Below are positions 24,338 to 37,277 of a stretch of DNA of 64,000 bases, piece after piece (positions within the stretch are counted from its first letter, which is position 1; each line of letters opens with the position of its first letter). The notes under the pieces were generated by a model. The model was given only the letters and a program-made list of their open reading frames with translations. It had not been told where the DNA came from and did no database searches. Both the position numbers and the translations under genes were made by a program. The stretch comes from Ruditapes philippinarum (Eukaryota). The DNA lies in the NCBI RefSeq assembly GCF_026571515.1, contig NW_026860905.1, positions 1 to 64,000 on the forward strand, read 5' to 3'.

Positions 24338-27300
24338 CTAACCAATGAGATTATTTGTCACTTCAATACCGTCAAATCTCTCCTCTATCATTACTTGAAA
24401 ATTCTCTGCGCTCGATATAGGATGATTCTCCTTCACATGTGTTGCGGACAGGCTACCTTCACCGTACTTTGTGAACTTAAATTGTCTGATAAGGTTTGAA
24501 AACATCAAGAATATTTCAAGTCTTGCCATTGAATCTCCTAAACACATCCTAGGCCCTGTAAAACGACAAAGAAGAACGATAAAGTATCAATAAGGAAAGC
24601 AAGAGAAAGGATGTAAATATTGTACACGATAGATAATATATGTATAAGTCAAATATCATATCATAATTTTATTAATTCTATATATTTTTTTATTATATTT
24701 GTTAAGTTTGTGTTCCCTAATATATTCATCACACTGTTGAATGTGTAACTTGTAATAAAGATAATGCACTGCTTATTTTTTTATATTTTCTTTGAAAATA
24801 CATACATGTAGTTATATTTTCCAAATATTATTCCAATGTTAATCAGCCTCTTATGTAATCAAGCTCAACTAGTATGTATATATATTGCATTTCTGTATGA
24901 AGCATAAATTAAACGACATGCAGTAAACAAGATATTGATGACATGTTATAAAGTGTGAAGAATGTTCTTAAAAAAGTTTAACAAATTCAACAATTATACC
25001 TATAGAGAATGGAATAAGCCTCTCGTTTCGTTTGAACTGACCATGTTCATCAAGATGTCGCTCTGGTTTAAAGTCGTTGACATTACTCCATGCATTACTG
25101 TCCATGGAACAGGAGTACAGGTTCCCGAACACAATGGTGTTCTTTGGTATGGCGTAACCTTGCAATGTAGCATCTTCTGATGCCATATGTGGTAATCCGA
25201 GAGGAACTATGAGACAATAAACAACATCAATATTTTAGTTTATCACCATAATATGTAAACATGGAATAGATATGAAAACACAAAAAAGTTTCATATTGAT
25301 CTAATTCGAAAACTGTATGGTGCTTGGCGATTTATGAACAATTATTTTATGCGTTGATCAAATGTCAAAATGACTGGCATATACCAATTGCTATCGTTTT
25401 TTAATGATTTGTTTAACAAATTAACGGAAGGGACTTAAATATTGCAAAAGTAGTAAACAGTTTTGTATGACAAGAACTTAATGTAAAGATTCTACCTATT
25501 ACTGCCTTTCTTTGTATCTCAGCTTTGTATAAAAAGAATTTTCAGTAAATAATCTACCTATGACTGCCAGTCTTTGTATCTCAGCTATGGTGGCTTCAAT
25601 ATATGGTAAATGATGTCTATGTGACCAATCTATCTGCTCCATTTCAGGCTGTATTTTTTGAAGCTGTAATGGAGTGAATTAAAGATTTTATTTCAAAGAT
25701 TTCGTGCTATTGACATTGCAATTGATAACGTATATAAAAATGTTCATCAAGATAAGTATCACTTAATCTTCATGCGTATTTGAGAGTAGACATACCATTG
25801 TTTACAGAAACCGAAACATTTATCGCCTATTTTCTACTTCATCCTGGCCGCTTACTCTTGCAGGACAGAGCCTGATGCATCCTGCTATATTTAATGCGTC
25901 GAATTCATATGAATAAATTCATTAAGAATAGTTTAAATTTATATCTAAAAAATGGCATATTCTTTCAGTGAATATATAAGACTTGGTTTAATATAACGCT
26001 AGCAAACTAAAACAAATGCAGCAAGAGATAATAACACTATAGAGATTCAATATGACCTGCTTTTTGTCGTTGTGACTAGTTGTGAATTTGTGAATTCCGC
26101 GGACAGATTGCTTAGGTCATGAGGCTGGAACCACAAACAACACATATCAATATAGCGGATGTATAAATAACAAATGAAAATTGAAACTTTGTATCAACAC
26201 TTTTACCTTTCTAATCTCTAGAAAACAGTTTTCTTGAATAGCTGGATACTTCACCATGAACATAAAGCACCAGTCTAGGGTACTAGCAGTTGTTTCAGAC
26301 CCTGCTAGGAACAGATCCAGAATCATCCGGAATACTTCTCCTTCTGTGAATATATAATTGTAATTGATTTATTGACAAATCCTTGTTATAACAAGCTCAA
26401 CATCAAAACGTAAAATAATTGGATTTAATCAAAGTATAATGCGATTTAAAAAATGAATGCTATATTGCTTCAGAGTATGAAAGCATGGTTATATTCTCAG
26501 TTGCACAGACAACTAGCTTTTTAAATCATTAAACATCTACTTTCTTTGTTATCACTTCTATGCGTCTTTATTCTGCGGAAAATAACGACATAACGAAATC
26601 CAGTGAATTAACAACAACAACCACAAATAATAATAATTAAAAAACACTTGAAACGTTTACAGAAAACATAATTCTAAGCACGATATTTTTAAATGTTTTT
26701 GTGACAATATATTTCAAGAACAGAGTATGTAACATTACTTGCAATAACATTTATATTTAAAGTAACATACATTTAACTGTAATTGCTTTCCAAAATGGTG
26801 TCAAATCAGCCAATCTCTTTATACATAAGAAAATCTAAAACTTTAAAATCCCACTCTTCTAGACAATTCTAGATATCTTAAAAGGACCAAACGCTATATT
26901 TAATAAAAGCTTACTAGAAATGTTGCTGTCCTCTTGTTTGGAAAAGTTAACGTAAAGGTCTACGAAGTCGCGTATGTTGTTGTTGTCAAAGTTACGTTCA
27001 TGTTCTGATATTCTGTCATATATATACTTCTTTAAGTGGTTGATTGTCGTCTGCTTCTTATTATACACTGCCTCATTCTGCAAAAAATATTTTACCCAAG
27101 AAATCTTAAAAATTACTATCACACTAGTATTTAATAACAATTCAATACATATACACACAGTGAAACATCCATAGCAGAATTCTTAACATATTCGTTAAAG
27201 TGATATTATGCCCAACCAAGGGTATGTTGTAAGTTGAAATAAGCTTTCATTTTGCTATAATTCCTTTCATTTTAAAGGAACTCCACTAAGGTTTATAAGC

Positions 27301-29937
27301 CTAAAAAAATAAAATTTTAATTTTTCACATAGATAAACATGAGCACTTAAAACAGAAATATAAATAAGATATATAAGAAATATACAAGAAATATATTGAA
27401 AATCGTATGTTTGTGCTATTTTCAGTCCTATTTGAGTGAAAAGCGTTTAAACGCTTTTCAAGTGTGGGTCATTTTTCACTATTATAATAATTATTCTGGA
27501 AAAACGGAGCGAGCTAATGATCTGAAATTTTGCACATAAGTAAAAAAACTGTTATTGGTGTAGATCTACACCAAATGGAGTAATAATCTCAAAAAACTAT
27601 TTCCAGTCCCTTCATGCCAAAAAACCTCTGTGGAGTCCCTTTAATAAAGCAAAGCAAGAAAAAGCTCCTTTGTAACGGATTGCATTGTATGTTTTGAAAT
27701 ACTGGTATATGTCGAGAAGAGAGGGGTCACATACCTCGGGCAGAAAATATCTTATAATCCCTGGTAGAAAATTCTTTGGAATGAATAGTCCGCCTTTAAA
27801 GAATTCGTCAATCAGTTGAATTAGCCTGCTTAGTTCATCGTCGTTCAAGTCTAACCTTTAAATAAAAAAATTCATTTTAAAGGCCCATTATGTCTCAGAA
27901 ATCTATTCATTTTCATTTCTCAAAAGCTTTTAATTTCTGGTGTCATGTTATAGCTTCGAAAAAGTTATATATTGGCCAATTACCCGAGTCATCCTTTTTC
28001 TCCTGTTACGTTTTGGCAAGTAGTACATTTAAAGTGATTTAGAATTTTGTATTGAAGTGAAAATACTACTTTGTTTTACTTTACATTTTGCTACTTTTAT
28101 GACAAATAATTCCACATTCAGCGCTACTTTCTTCACGTGTTTATTTAACATCTATTATGCTTTTAAACCGTACGTTACTTACTTTTTAAAGAAAATACAT
28201 GTTGGCGCTTTCTTAAGAAGAAAAAGTATTCTTTTCTTAAGCATTATGTGCCTTTAAATTATTAATGACGTAATTTGAAAAGATTAATGTTAAAACATAC
28301 AATGACATCGTAAGATTTCTTCAGTTTAAACAGCTTCATATCATTAAACAGGAATTAACAGGACTGACAATTGAAAGGATATAAAATCAGTAAAACACGC
28401 CATAGTTACTTTATGAATTTAGCCCCCTTAGAAATTATTATTGTTTAGAAGCGGTGAAAAATTATTCAATATTAAAATACCAAAGCTATCTTTACACGCC
28501 CTCAACTTTACTTACCTTTTACCAAATATAACATCATGTATGATGTTTGTTATTGCTTTTTTTAATGTTGGTTTCAACGTGAAAGGTTTTCCAATCTCTT
28601 CTTTAAAGACATGTGAAATATAACTCGTTTCTTGTAGCACTTTGTCTTGGAGACTTCTTCGACCTAGACCAAATTCTCGCAGTGCTTGGCGGGCGAATTT
28701 TCTGGCCGCGCCGGCGTGTATTGCCTCTTGCCATACCAGCCCTGTTGTAGATTGTCATTTGTTATAATTTTAGTATGAGGTAACCAATGGAAAGAAGCTG
28801 ATTATGAAAAAAAAGTTAAATATTTTTCTTCTTTTTTTTCCGTTCATAGATTTTCAAATATATGTATTACAGTAATACTAATGCATTTAGTTTCTTCAAA
28901 ATAACAATAAACATTTTTATAATGTTAACCTTATAGAGGTGCGATTTCATAAAATGAAAAGAGGCAAGTTAGATTTTATGTCGGACAGACACTATAAATG
29001 TTGTATTGAGATTTTCCAAGTTTCATAAGTAGATGGAGACTTCATCTACACCATCCCCCGCACTGTTTATTATATCAGTCACGAACGGGAATTTTAATAG
29101 AACAACCACCCTTAAAACACTTAAAGTTAACTAGGGAACATCAAATTACATTGTAATTTCTTAACAGCTTATATCATATTTATCCCTTGAAGAAGGTTTT
29201 TTTTGTCAAATAATGTACAACAATACTGAAAATGAAGGAATGTATTTAACAACGTAATTTGTTTCCGCAAACCGTAACTTGTGCAGTAGTATACTTGTTT
29301 CATATTTTACAGAGTCTAAACAAAAGTGATTAAGAGGTGTTGGGAAATAAAAAAGTGAAAGCTTCATATCTTTCCAGTTTAAAGAATGTTACATATATAA
29401 CTATAACAACAACAAAAGTTCCACCACCACCGCAAACAAAAACAACAATAACAAAGATATTTAGAAAAAAAACGCCGAGAGATTGATATGAGATATATAA
29501 AACAATTGATATTTTACATTTTGTTTAGATATATATTGTATCTAAACTTACTAACCTTTTCCCTCTGATAGTCCATATTGTAACGATGGTAACCAGCTAG
29601 GTCGGTCACTGAAGACTGCCGCCTTTTTTACAAACGCTTCACGAATTACGTCATATCCGTTTAGAAAAACAACAAGTTGAGTACCTGCATACACACTGAA
29701 AATATTTCCATATTTTTCACTCAAATCTGACAGAATAAGATGTCGTCTGCGTTTAAAGGCGCGAAAAAAGCCGACACTTCCGAGAATCGGTAAAGCCCAT
29801 GGCCCTGGTGGAATAGTACGCGCACGGATACATTTGCATACAATCATCAAACAAAATCCTGCTATCAAGCAAACAGAAGTTGGCGATTGAAAGCATGATA
29901 TAATGTAAAACATGCTAGGTATTCCGGTTACAGACAT
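24338..29937 (-). CDS. Cytochrome P450, CYP2 clan (intact, 8 exons, ~519 aa)
   Basis: Exons 29937-29556, 28741-28516, 27855-27735, 27077-26915, 26343-26207, 25663-25558, 25206-25000, 24555-24338 (1560 nt, phases consistent). N-terminal anchor, PPGPWALP, AGSETT, EIQR, KPERH, and heme loop PFSIGPRMCLG. Confidence 0.93.
27276..27640. mobile_element. Kolobok-like MITE, copy 2 (CYP intron 3)
   Basis: TTAA|AGGAACTCCAC...GTGGAGTCCCT|TTAA. Confidence 0.7.
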
Positions 29938-31154
29938 TTCAGTAAATATCGTTTTGATGTCTCTAAATGTGCTCAGGTATAATATTAATCGCAAATATAA
30001 TCTCCTCTGAAGAATGTTAGAAAATTTGTTGTTGAATTTTGCTCTTAAGAGCAGGAAGAGATAACGCTGGGATACAAGAGGTGGGAAAGTTTATAGGATA
30101 TCCGCGTCATTAGTTCTCTTTAAATCTGACGATAAACTAGTGTACATCCATTTATCTTTTTACATATAATGATAAGAAACCACATTCTTTTTGTTTATAA
30201 CTATTGAACTCAAGTATATGACGTTAAAATTCAGAAGGAATTTATTTGAAATCACCACAAAACCGACCATTGTTTTCTTTTTGTTTCCTATTAAATATTG
30301 AAATTGTGGAAACTGTCATCAATAGTTTCTAAAGTGTTTGGTAAAACATAAACAATAGGAAAATGAAATTCACTTAAGTTTAAAAAAAAAAACTTCCATG
30401 ACAACGATGTATGTCCTCACTGTCTAATAAAACAATATAATATATATGAATAATTTATATATCCATACATGTACATGTACCCAGAGACTGCAAAATCCAC
30501 CAAAATCTGATCTGATTTTCTGATATGCAATCTACTGATGGTTAAAAGAAATAGTAAGCAATAATTAAGGGCGGAAATATAAAAAGAACGGACAGGCGAA
30601 CGTGTAGAAGGACATAGCGGCGGTCTTGTTTGTTTTCTTCCGAGGAACATAACACATTATTTAAACTATTAATACAGAAAGACCCATTTAGCTCCAAGAA
30701 TGGTATTAAATTTGTTTTTCATGAACTTTGTATTTCCTAATCCTAATTTCTAAATAACAACTCATTGACAATACAAATGAATCATCGTTTGTTTTTACTG
30801 CGTTTTATACAAATTAGTTCATTTACAGTGATTAAGTGTTTTGTATGGAAGTGAAGTTACTACTTTGTTTACATTTTGCTATACCTCTATAAAATTATTT
30901 TATCTTCAGGTGATATTCGTCAAACGTGTTTAAAATTCATTATTAAAACCTACATATAAGCCCTGTGTAAAGAAGAGAAACTATTTTGTTCTCATTTCTG
31001 GGCATTATTGTGCCTGTGGAAATACTTTCAACTGTTCTGAATCGAAATTATTTCCTGATTATTGATATGATATTCCTGAAAAGTTTTTTTTTAAATACAG
31101 ACGTATCTTCGATGTTAGATGATATTCTCACAGACAACTCTACAATAGAGTTTT

Positions 31155-31346
31155 CACGGGGGAGCAACTGTTACACGAAGGATGGAGTTCTTATGCTAAC
31201 TTGTCAGAAGTTTTTTGTGATAACTGTCGAAAAACGAAAAAAAAAATATTTTGGAAATTTTACACAAAACTACCAGATTCTAAGCAAGGGACGATGAAAA
31301 ATCATGAGAACTTCATCCCTCGTGTAACAGTTCCTTTACCCCCGTG
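31155..31346. mobile_element. Transib-like MITE in the intergenic region between the CYPs
   Basis: CACGGGGG..AACTGTTACACGAAGGATGGAGTTCTTATG / CATGAGAACTTCATCCCTCGTGTAACAGTT..CCCCCGTG inverted arms, CAC...GTG termini, 5-bp TSD GTTTT. Confidence 0.65.
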
Positions 31347-31492
31347 GTTTTGCATTGAGGATTAAATTTTGTAAAAATATTTTATTTTTAATATAAATTG
31401 CAATATAATAATTATGTGGTATTTAAACTGTAGAAATAAAGATGAAGGTTAAATTAAGATATCATGACAGCGATCGATTGAAGAGAATCATA

Positions 31493-31572
31493 TCGTCACC
31501 CTAGTGCAGTAACGGTTTAACTCCTACTTAAATCATATTAGGAGTTAACCCATTACTGCATCATGATGACGA
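31493..31572. repeat. 80-bp imperfect hairpin (probable MITE remnant)
   Basis: TCGTCA..TGCAGTAA.GG.TTAACTCCTA / TAGGAGTTAACCCATTACTGCA..TGACGA. Confidence 0.6.
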
Positions 31573-33145
31573 ATTATTCATGTATTTTTTTTTGTAAAGA
31601 AAAATAAAATGATTCAGAAATAGTTGATGCTATTTAACTAGTTTTCCTTAACCCTCTACAATCATGCCCTAAAGTAAACTGAATTTTAAACTTTGTGAAA
31701 CGCTCTAGTTGCGCACGTGTATCTAGCGAACTGTGCTAATTTAAACGGTCGTGACGAAATTCGTGTGTTTATTTGTAATAGTAATTCATCAAAAGGTTAA
31801 AACATAGGACGGTCATGATGAAATAACAAATATGTCACTTTTGATGATGTGTCTGTCATCGAGAGTTGTTATTATTATTGCATTATATGCGGATATGAAA
31901 GGTTAAAACATAGGACGATTTATCTTTGCTATATATAAGACTCAAATATTGATCTTACTAAATGTATTACAGAGATATATCTTTAACTTTAACGATATCG
32001 TCTATTCCGACAAGACAGTTTCATAAATTTTTTTTTGTACCCCGAAAAAAGAGAGGAAAAAAAATTAGATTGGAAATAAACGACAAATTTGGGGAAAATT
32101 TTTTCTACCCATGTTGACAAACCTCTGTAATTCTTCGTGTTTTTAGCAGTTTTTTTTGCTGTTTTAATGATAAATAAAAGGATTTAAATTTTCACCAGGA
32201 CCCTTTTAAGTTTTCCCCATTAAAAGGGGAAATTTTGGTGGGTATTTTACCCGCAGTCAAAGAAAAAGAGACTTCCGGTGGCTTTATGCGATGCCTCAAA
32301 GAGGTATGGGGAAATAATGCATATAACTCTGGGTCCGGAAAATATTATTTTTATTCACGGACACGATGCCATTCACGAAGCTTTTGTCACTAATGCAGAC
32401 AAGTTCAGCTCTAGACCAAGTCGTTTGATGAAAACTGTAGAGCAGGAAGGCGCCGGTGTGGTAATGCAGAGTGGAAAACCTTGGAAAGTATTAAGAAAAT
32501 TTACTCTGCAATCACTCAAAGACTTTGGAGTAGGGAAATCAAGTCTTGAAGAGAAAATTGTGGTTGAAATAGAGGCTGCAACTGTAGTTCTTAACGAAAC
32601 TAAAGGAAATCCTATTGACGTGCGTTTGTTGACTTCAATGATAATTACAAATGTTATTTACGGAATTGTCTTTGGCAAAAGGTAAGCCAATATTGAAAGA
32701 AAATTAAGTTTTAATTGTAAGTAAGAGCTATTTATTAATAAGTACATAAGACCGTCAATATATTTATATTTGGATAATATTTTTTAAATGTGAATTAACT
32801 TGTTGTTCTTAGAGTGATTTATGTATATAACATTACATTCTTTAAAATAGGTCTATTAAATCATTTACAATAAAGAAATTGATTGTAACCTTTCTAATAC
32901 CATGTACATGTACTATATTTTACTGTAGAGGACACACTATGATGTGTATATAATTGTAATTTGATATAAAGTAAATTTCATATTTTCACAATTATATTTA
33001 ACAATTTTGTGTACACTTAAACCAAGTCTTTTACTTTTAATGATTGATGTACGACAGTGTACACATTTAAATCTGATATAAAAAATACTAAATTATTGTA
33101 CATACTTGGCTGCGAGAACTGGCCTGTTATCTGTCGTATGTAATT

Positions 33146-34258
33146 TTTGTGCCGCCTCTACGGAGTAGTGGCGACATATAGGGATCACTTCTCCGTCGTC
33201 TGTCTGTCTGTCTGTCTGTCCGCACTCACAGGAGAGTAATTGTGTGGCTAGAGGGACAATAGGTAACTGTGCTTTCTCTTTGATGTCATTCATTCCGTAA
33301 TGCTTTTATGTGGCTATTTTCTTTTGTGTGGCTAAAAAGAACAATAGAGAGAACAATAGAGTAGCCACATAATTACTGTCCTGTGAGAACTTCCGTCTGT
33401 CCGTCTGTCCGTCACAAAACTTGTCCGGACTAATCCTCATAAACTACTGGTGCAATTTCATCCAAACTTTACAGGAATGATCAGTAACAAGTCTAGTTGT
33501 GCATATTATCAGCATTTTCCGGTTCAATGATTTTTGTCAGAGTTATGGCCCTTTAATTATTTTTATTTTTAAAGTTTGTCCGGAGTACTTCTCTTATACC
33601 TCTAATGCAATTTCAATGAAACTTTACAGGATTGATCTGTAGCTCAAGTCATTGCGCATATTGCACGGGTTTTCCGGTTGAATGATTTTTGGCTAAGTTA
33701 TGGCCCTTTGATAAAAAGGTGTTTTTTCTGTGTATTGCCAGATACACAAAAGCTTGTCCGGACTACTCCTCAAAAACTACTGGTGCAATTTCATCCAAAC
33801 TTTACAGGAATGATCAGTACCAAGTCTAGTTGTGCATATTGTCAGTATTTCTCGGTTCAATGATTTTTGTCAGAGTTATGGCCCTTTAATAATTTTTATT
33901 TTTAAAGTTTGTCCGGACTACTTCTCTTATACCACTTATGCAATTTCAATGAAACTTTACAGGATTGATCTGTAGCTCAAGTCCTTGCGCATATTGCACG
34001 CGTTTTTTGGTTGAATGATTTTTGGCCGAGTTATGACCCTTTGATAAAAAGGTGTTTTTTTCTGTGTGTTGCCAGATACACAAAAGCTTGTCCGGACTAC
34101 GCCTCATAAACTACTGGTGCAATTTTATCCAAACTTTACAGGAATGATCAGTACCAAGTCTAGTTGTGCACTGTCCGTCTGTCTGTCTGTCTGTCACAAA
34201 ACTTGTTCCAACATAAAATTGGCCATCATGAGGCGACACATGTGATTACTGATCGCTC
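33146..34258 (+). mobile_element. Helentron-associated (HINE / DINE-1 / pearl-like) non-autonomous element with internal tandem repeats
   Basis: Starts in a T-run with hairpin GTGCCGCC..GGCGACAT, has (GTCT/GTCC)n microsatellites and ~333-bp tandem units (starts ~33413, ~33746, ~34079) each built from two ~165-bp subunits. Ends GAGGCGACAC..CTCTT. Confidence 0.75.
33225..33387. mobile_element. Small MITE nested in the microsatellite of the HINE-like element
   Basis: TIR CTCACAGGAGAGTAATTGTGTGGCTA / TAGCCACATAATTACTGTCCTGTGAG. Confidence 0.7.
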
Positions 34259-35997
34259 TTCCAAAATTCATATACAAAATATTACAGAATAAAGAGGTAA
34301 ATTGGCTTTATAATTATATTCCAATCACCGAGATTGCAATTTAATTTTCATGCAATTTTGTTGACTTCACTGCTTCCGAAAGATTTCCCTATATCCAAAT
34401 TTTCTATAACACTAGCCCTACATAATTTGAACGCTGTATTATAGTGTATACAAACATATATCAAGTTGCAAAATCAACAAAACAATAAAAAAAAGTAGTC
34501 AGTGGTATTATTTTGTGATATACATATGATAAACATATTCTTAAGATCACATTCTTACTTTTCATCTAGGTCACATTATTCTTCTTTGTTAATATGAAAA
34601 TTAATTTGTGCTCAATATATACTGTTTCAGAAAGAAGAAGGAAAAGAGAGAAATACGAAAGCTGTTAACTGGATTAGAGGACATGTAATGAAAGAAATAG
34701 AAGATCATGAGAAGACGTTTGATGGGGATAATATCAGAGATTTCGTTGACCTTTTTATTCAAGCTAAGCATGGGGAGTCTGAAAATAGTTTGTTTACATG
34801 TAAGAACTGTTTAAAGATTATTTGTTTGTATATTTGAATAGTAAAATGGGTTGAAAATAGCATATTTCCATAAATAGTCAAAGCATATTGCAATGTTTCC
34901 ACTTTATAGTATCCTTTTCCCATGTCACACAATTTTAGCTCTTACCCAACTGGCGGCAACCGATCAAACCAAGATCAGCCAGCACAAGCGTGCAATCTAC
35001 GCCAGAGCGTTTTCTCTAAGAACAGGAAAGCGCGAAACATGACAGTACGGCGGTGCCATTACGACAGTACGATGGTGACAGTACGGCAGTTCGATGGTGA
35101 CAATACGACTCAATCGTACTGTCGCCCTGCAACCATCGTACTGTTTGAAATGAATATGTTCAGAATGAACAATTGTCATGAGCTTTTAAGATATATAGCT
35201 TGGTAAATGAAAAATCGAGAGATTAACCTGTGATATATATGACATATACCTGTATTTATTTGGCATCCATACATAATTGTGCTATATTCATATATTTCAG
35301 TGGACAATTTATTCTATGTCATTTTGGATCTGTTCATAGCTGGGTCTGAGACTACGTCTAACACTCTTAACTGGTCACTTCTTTTCATGCAAGAATATCC
35401 AGATGTTCAAATGAAATGCCAACAGGAAATAGAAGAGGTACGTCGATATAATCAATAGTGAAACGGACATTTAACTTATACCAGTTTGATTGCCGAACTA
35501 AGATATTTTAAAGATTTAAAAATCCATCTTTTGTAAGATAAATCAATCAAAGAAATAATTTCACTAAATGAATAAATTAATGAAGACAAAGCGTATAAAG
35601 ATGGGATTATCTAAGTGTAATTTATTATCAATCAAAATTAAAGTGTATAGAGCTATAAGACTGGTGCTAAAATAGGTTTTAAATTTTGAAAAAAGGATAC
35701 ACCCAAAATATCTGTATGAAAGAAATAGGTTTGTATATTCTCTTCACAGCGTGTGGCAAAGCACGGAATCATAGCTAAACGTAAAAGTTAAAACCTTACT
35801 TAATATAAGATACCATATTTTGTTTGGGAACATTTATTATTCTTCCAAGTTTAATTTATATTATATTCATGTATACTAAATAACAGAGACATTATATGCT
35901 AAAACGTTTTCGAGAATCAACCATACATGGAAACAACATTATGTATGTGTTTGAAAAATTTATGAAAAAATATGATGCAGCTTTATACCCTTTAAAT

Positions 35998-36233
35998 GAT
36001 CCGCGTCACGACAAAACCAACATAATGGGTTTGCGACCAACATGGATCCAGACCAGCCTGCGCGGTCCGCGCAGTCTGATCAGGATCCATGCTGTTCGCT
36101 TACAGACCCTATAACAAGTAAAGAAACTGATAGCTAACAGCATGGATCCTGATCAGACTGTGCGGATGCGCAGGCTGGTCTGGATCCATGCTGGTCGCAA
36201 ACGTACTATGTTGGTTTTGTCGTGACACGGCTC
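35998..36233. mobile_element. Sola-like MITE, copy 2
   Basis: Same TIRs as the copy at 3670; 4-bp TSD AAAT. Confidence 0.85.
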
Positions 36234-37246
36234 AAATATACTTGGATTAAAACACATTGACAAAGGCGATAACATTATTCACCTGTTTAATTCTTACCAA
36301 TCACCTGCTGGACTTGTATAAAAGACTGGTCCAGTTTTTGATCTGGAACAGTCCATTTCAAGTTTGAATGATTTGATATCAGTATTGAAATAAAATACAC
36401 AAAATTAGTTACCATCAGCATAGAACCTAGCTAGACTGCATAAATCTGCGCATGCGCATTTTCTAGACTCAATGGCAAAATTGTTCCTATGTTAAATATA
36501 TCATGAAAAATTTATATTGTAGAAATATGGAGGAAGATCGGTGACGTGGGCAGACAGAGGTACTCTCCCCTTTGTGGATGCGACGTTAATGGAGATACAG
36601 AGATTGTCAAATATCGGTTAGCTGCTCATTTTATTATTTTGTCATGTCATATTTAATCATTTTGATATGTACAATGTTTGCTCATAAAGAAATATATAAT
36701 AACATTTAAAGTTTATCGCAAAAATAATTTCAATTTGCATATATTGTAATAACTAATTTCTAAAAGTGTACTAAAATAAATAAAAAAAAAAGAATTTCAT
36801 ACCATATATAGGTGATGATTGAAAAGCTGTTTGCCTAAACCGCTTTTAACACACTCCATACGATTTGTTGTTTTTATGGTTGTTGTTATTTTTGTTATTT
36901 TTATTACGTTGTTGTTGCTTTTGTTTACAAAATGTAGCACAAAGTCATAGGTTCTAAGTATGATTGCCTTACTATTTCAGCTGAAATGTCTATCCCGCAC
37001 ACAAACGAGAACGAGGCAATATTAAGAGGTTTTCGTATTCCAAAAGATTCAATCATACAGGCTAATATCTATTCTTCACACATGGACCCATTATACTGGG
37101 ATGAGCCCAGGCAGTTTAATCCGGAGAGATTTTTACAGGACGGAAAGATTAAGAAGAATAAAGCGTTCATGCCATTCAGTATAGGTAAATATCTTGTCAG
37201 CATTAAAATCAGCAAAATTACATGAAGATCGCAGACTAGGTTTGAT

Positions 37247-37277
37247 CACGGATTTATATATGTAATATAAATCCATG
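37247..37277. mobile_element. 31-bp palindromic transposon footprint with 7-bp TSD, copy 2
   Basis: CACGGATTTATATA+TGTAATATAAATCCATG flanked by GTTTGAT on both sides. Confidence 0.8.

Noticed and set aside
32020-32280. Frameshifted CYP N-terminus as independent proof of pseudogenisation
   Set aside because: The homopolymer-inflated, garbled sequence looks like low-quality read data, so it cannot be distinguished from sequencing error.
33413-34170. CRISPR-like or prokaryotic repeat array
   Set aside because: Contiguous tandem units without unique spacers, in a eukaryotic intron context, and no cas genes.
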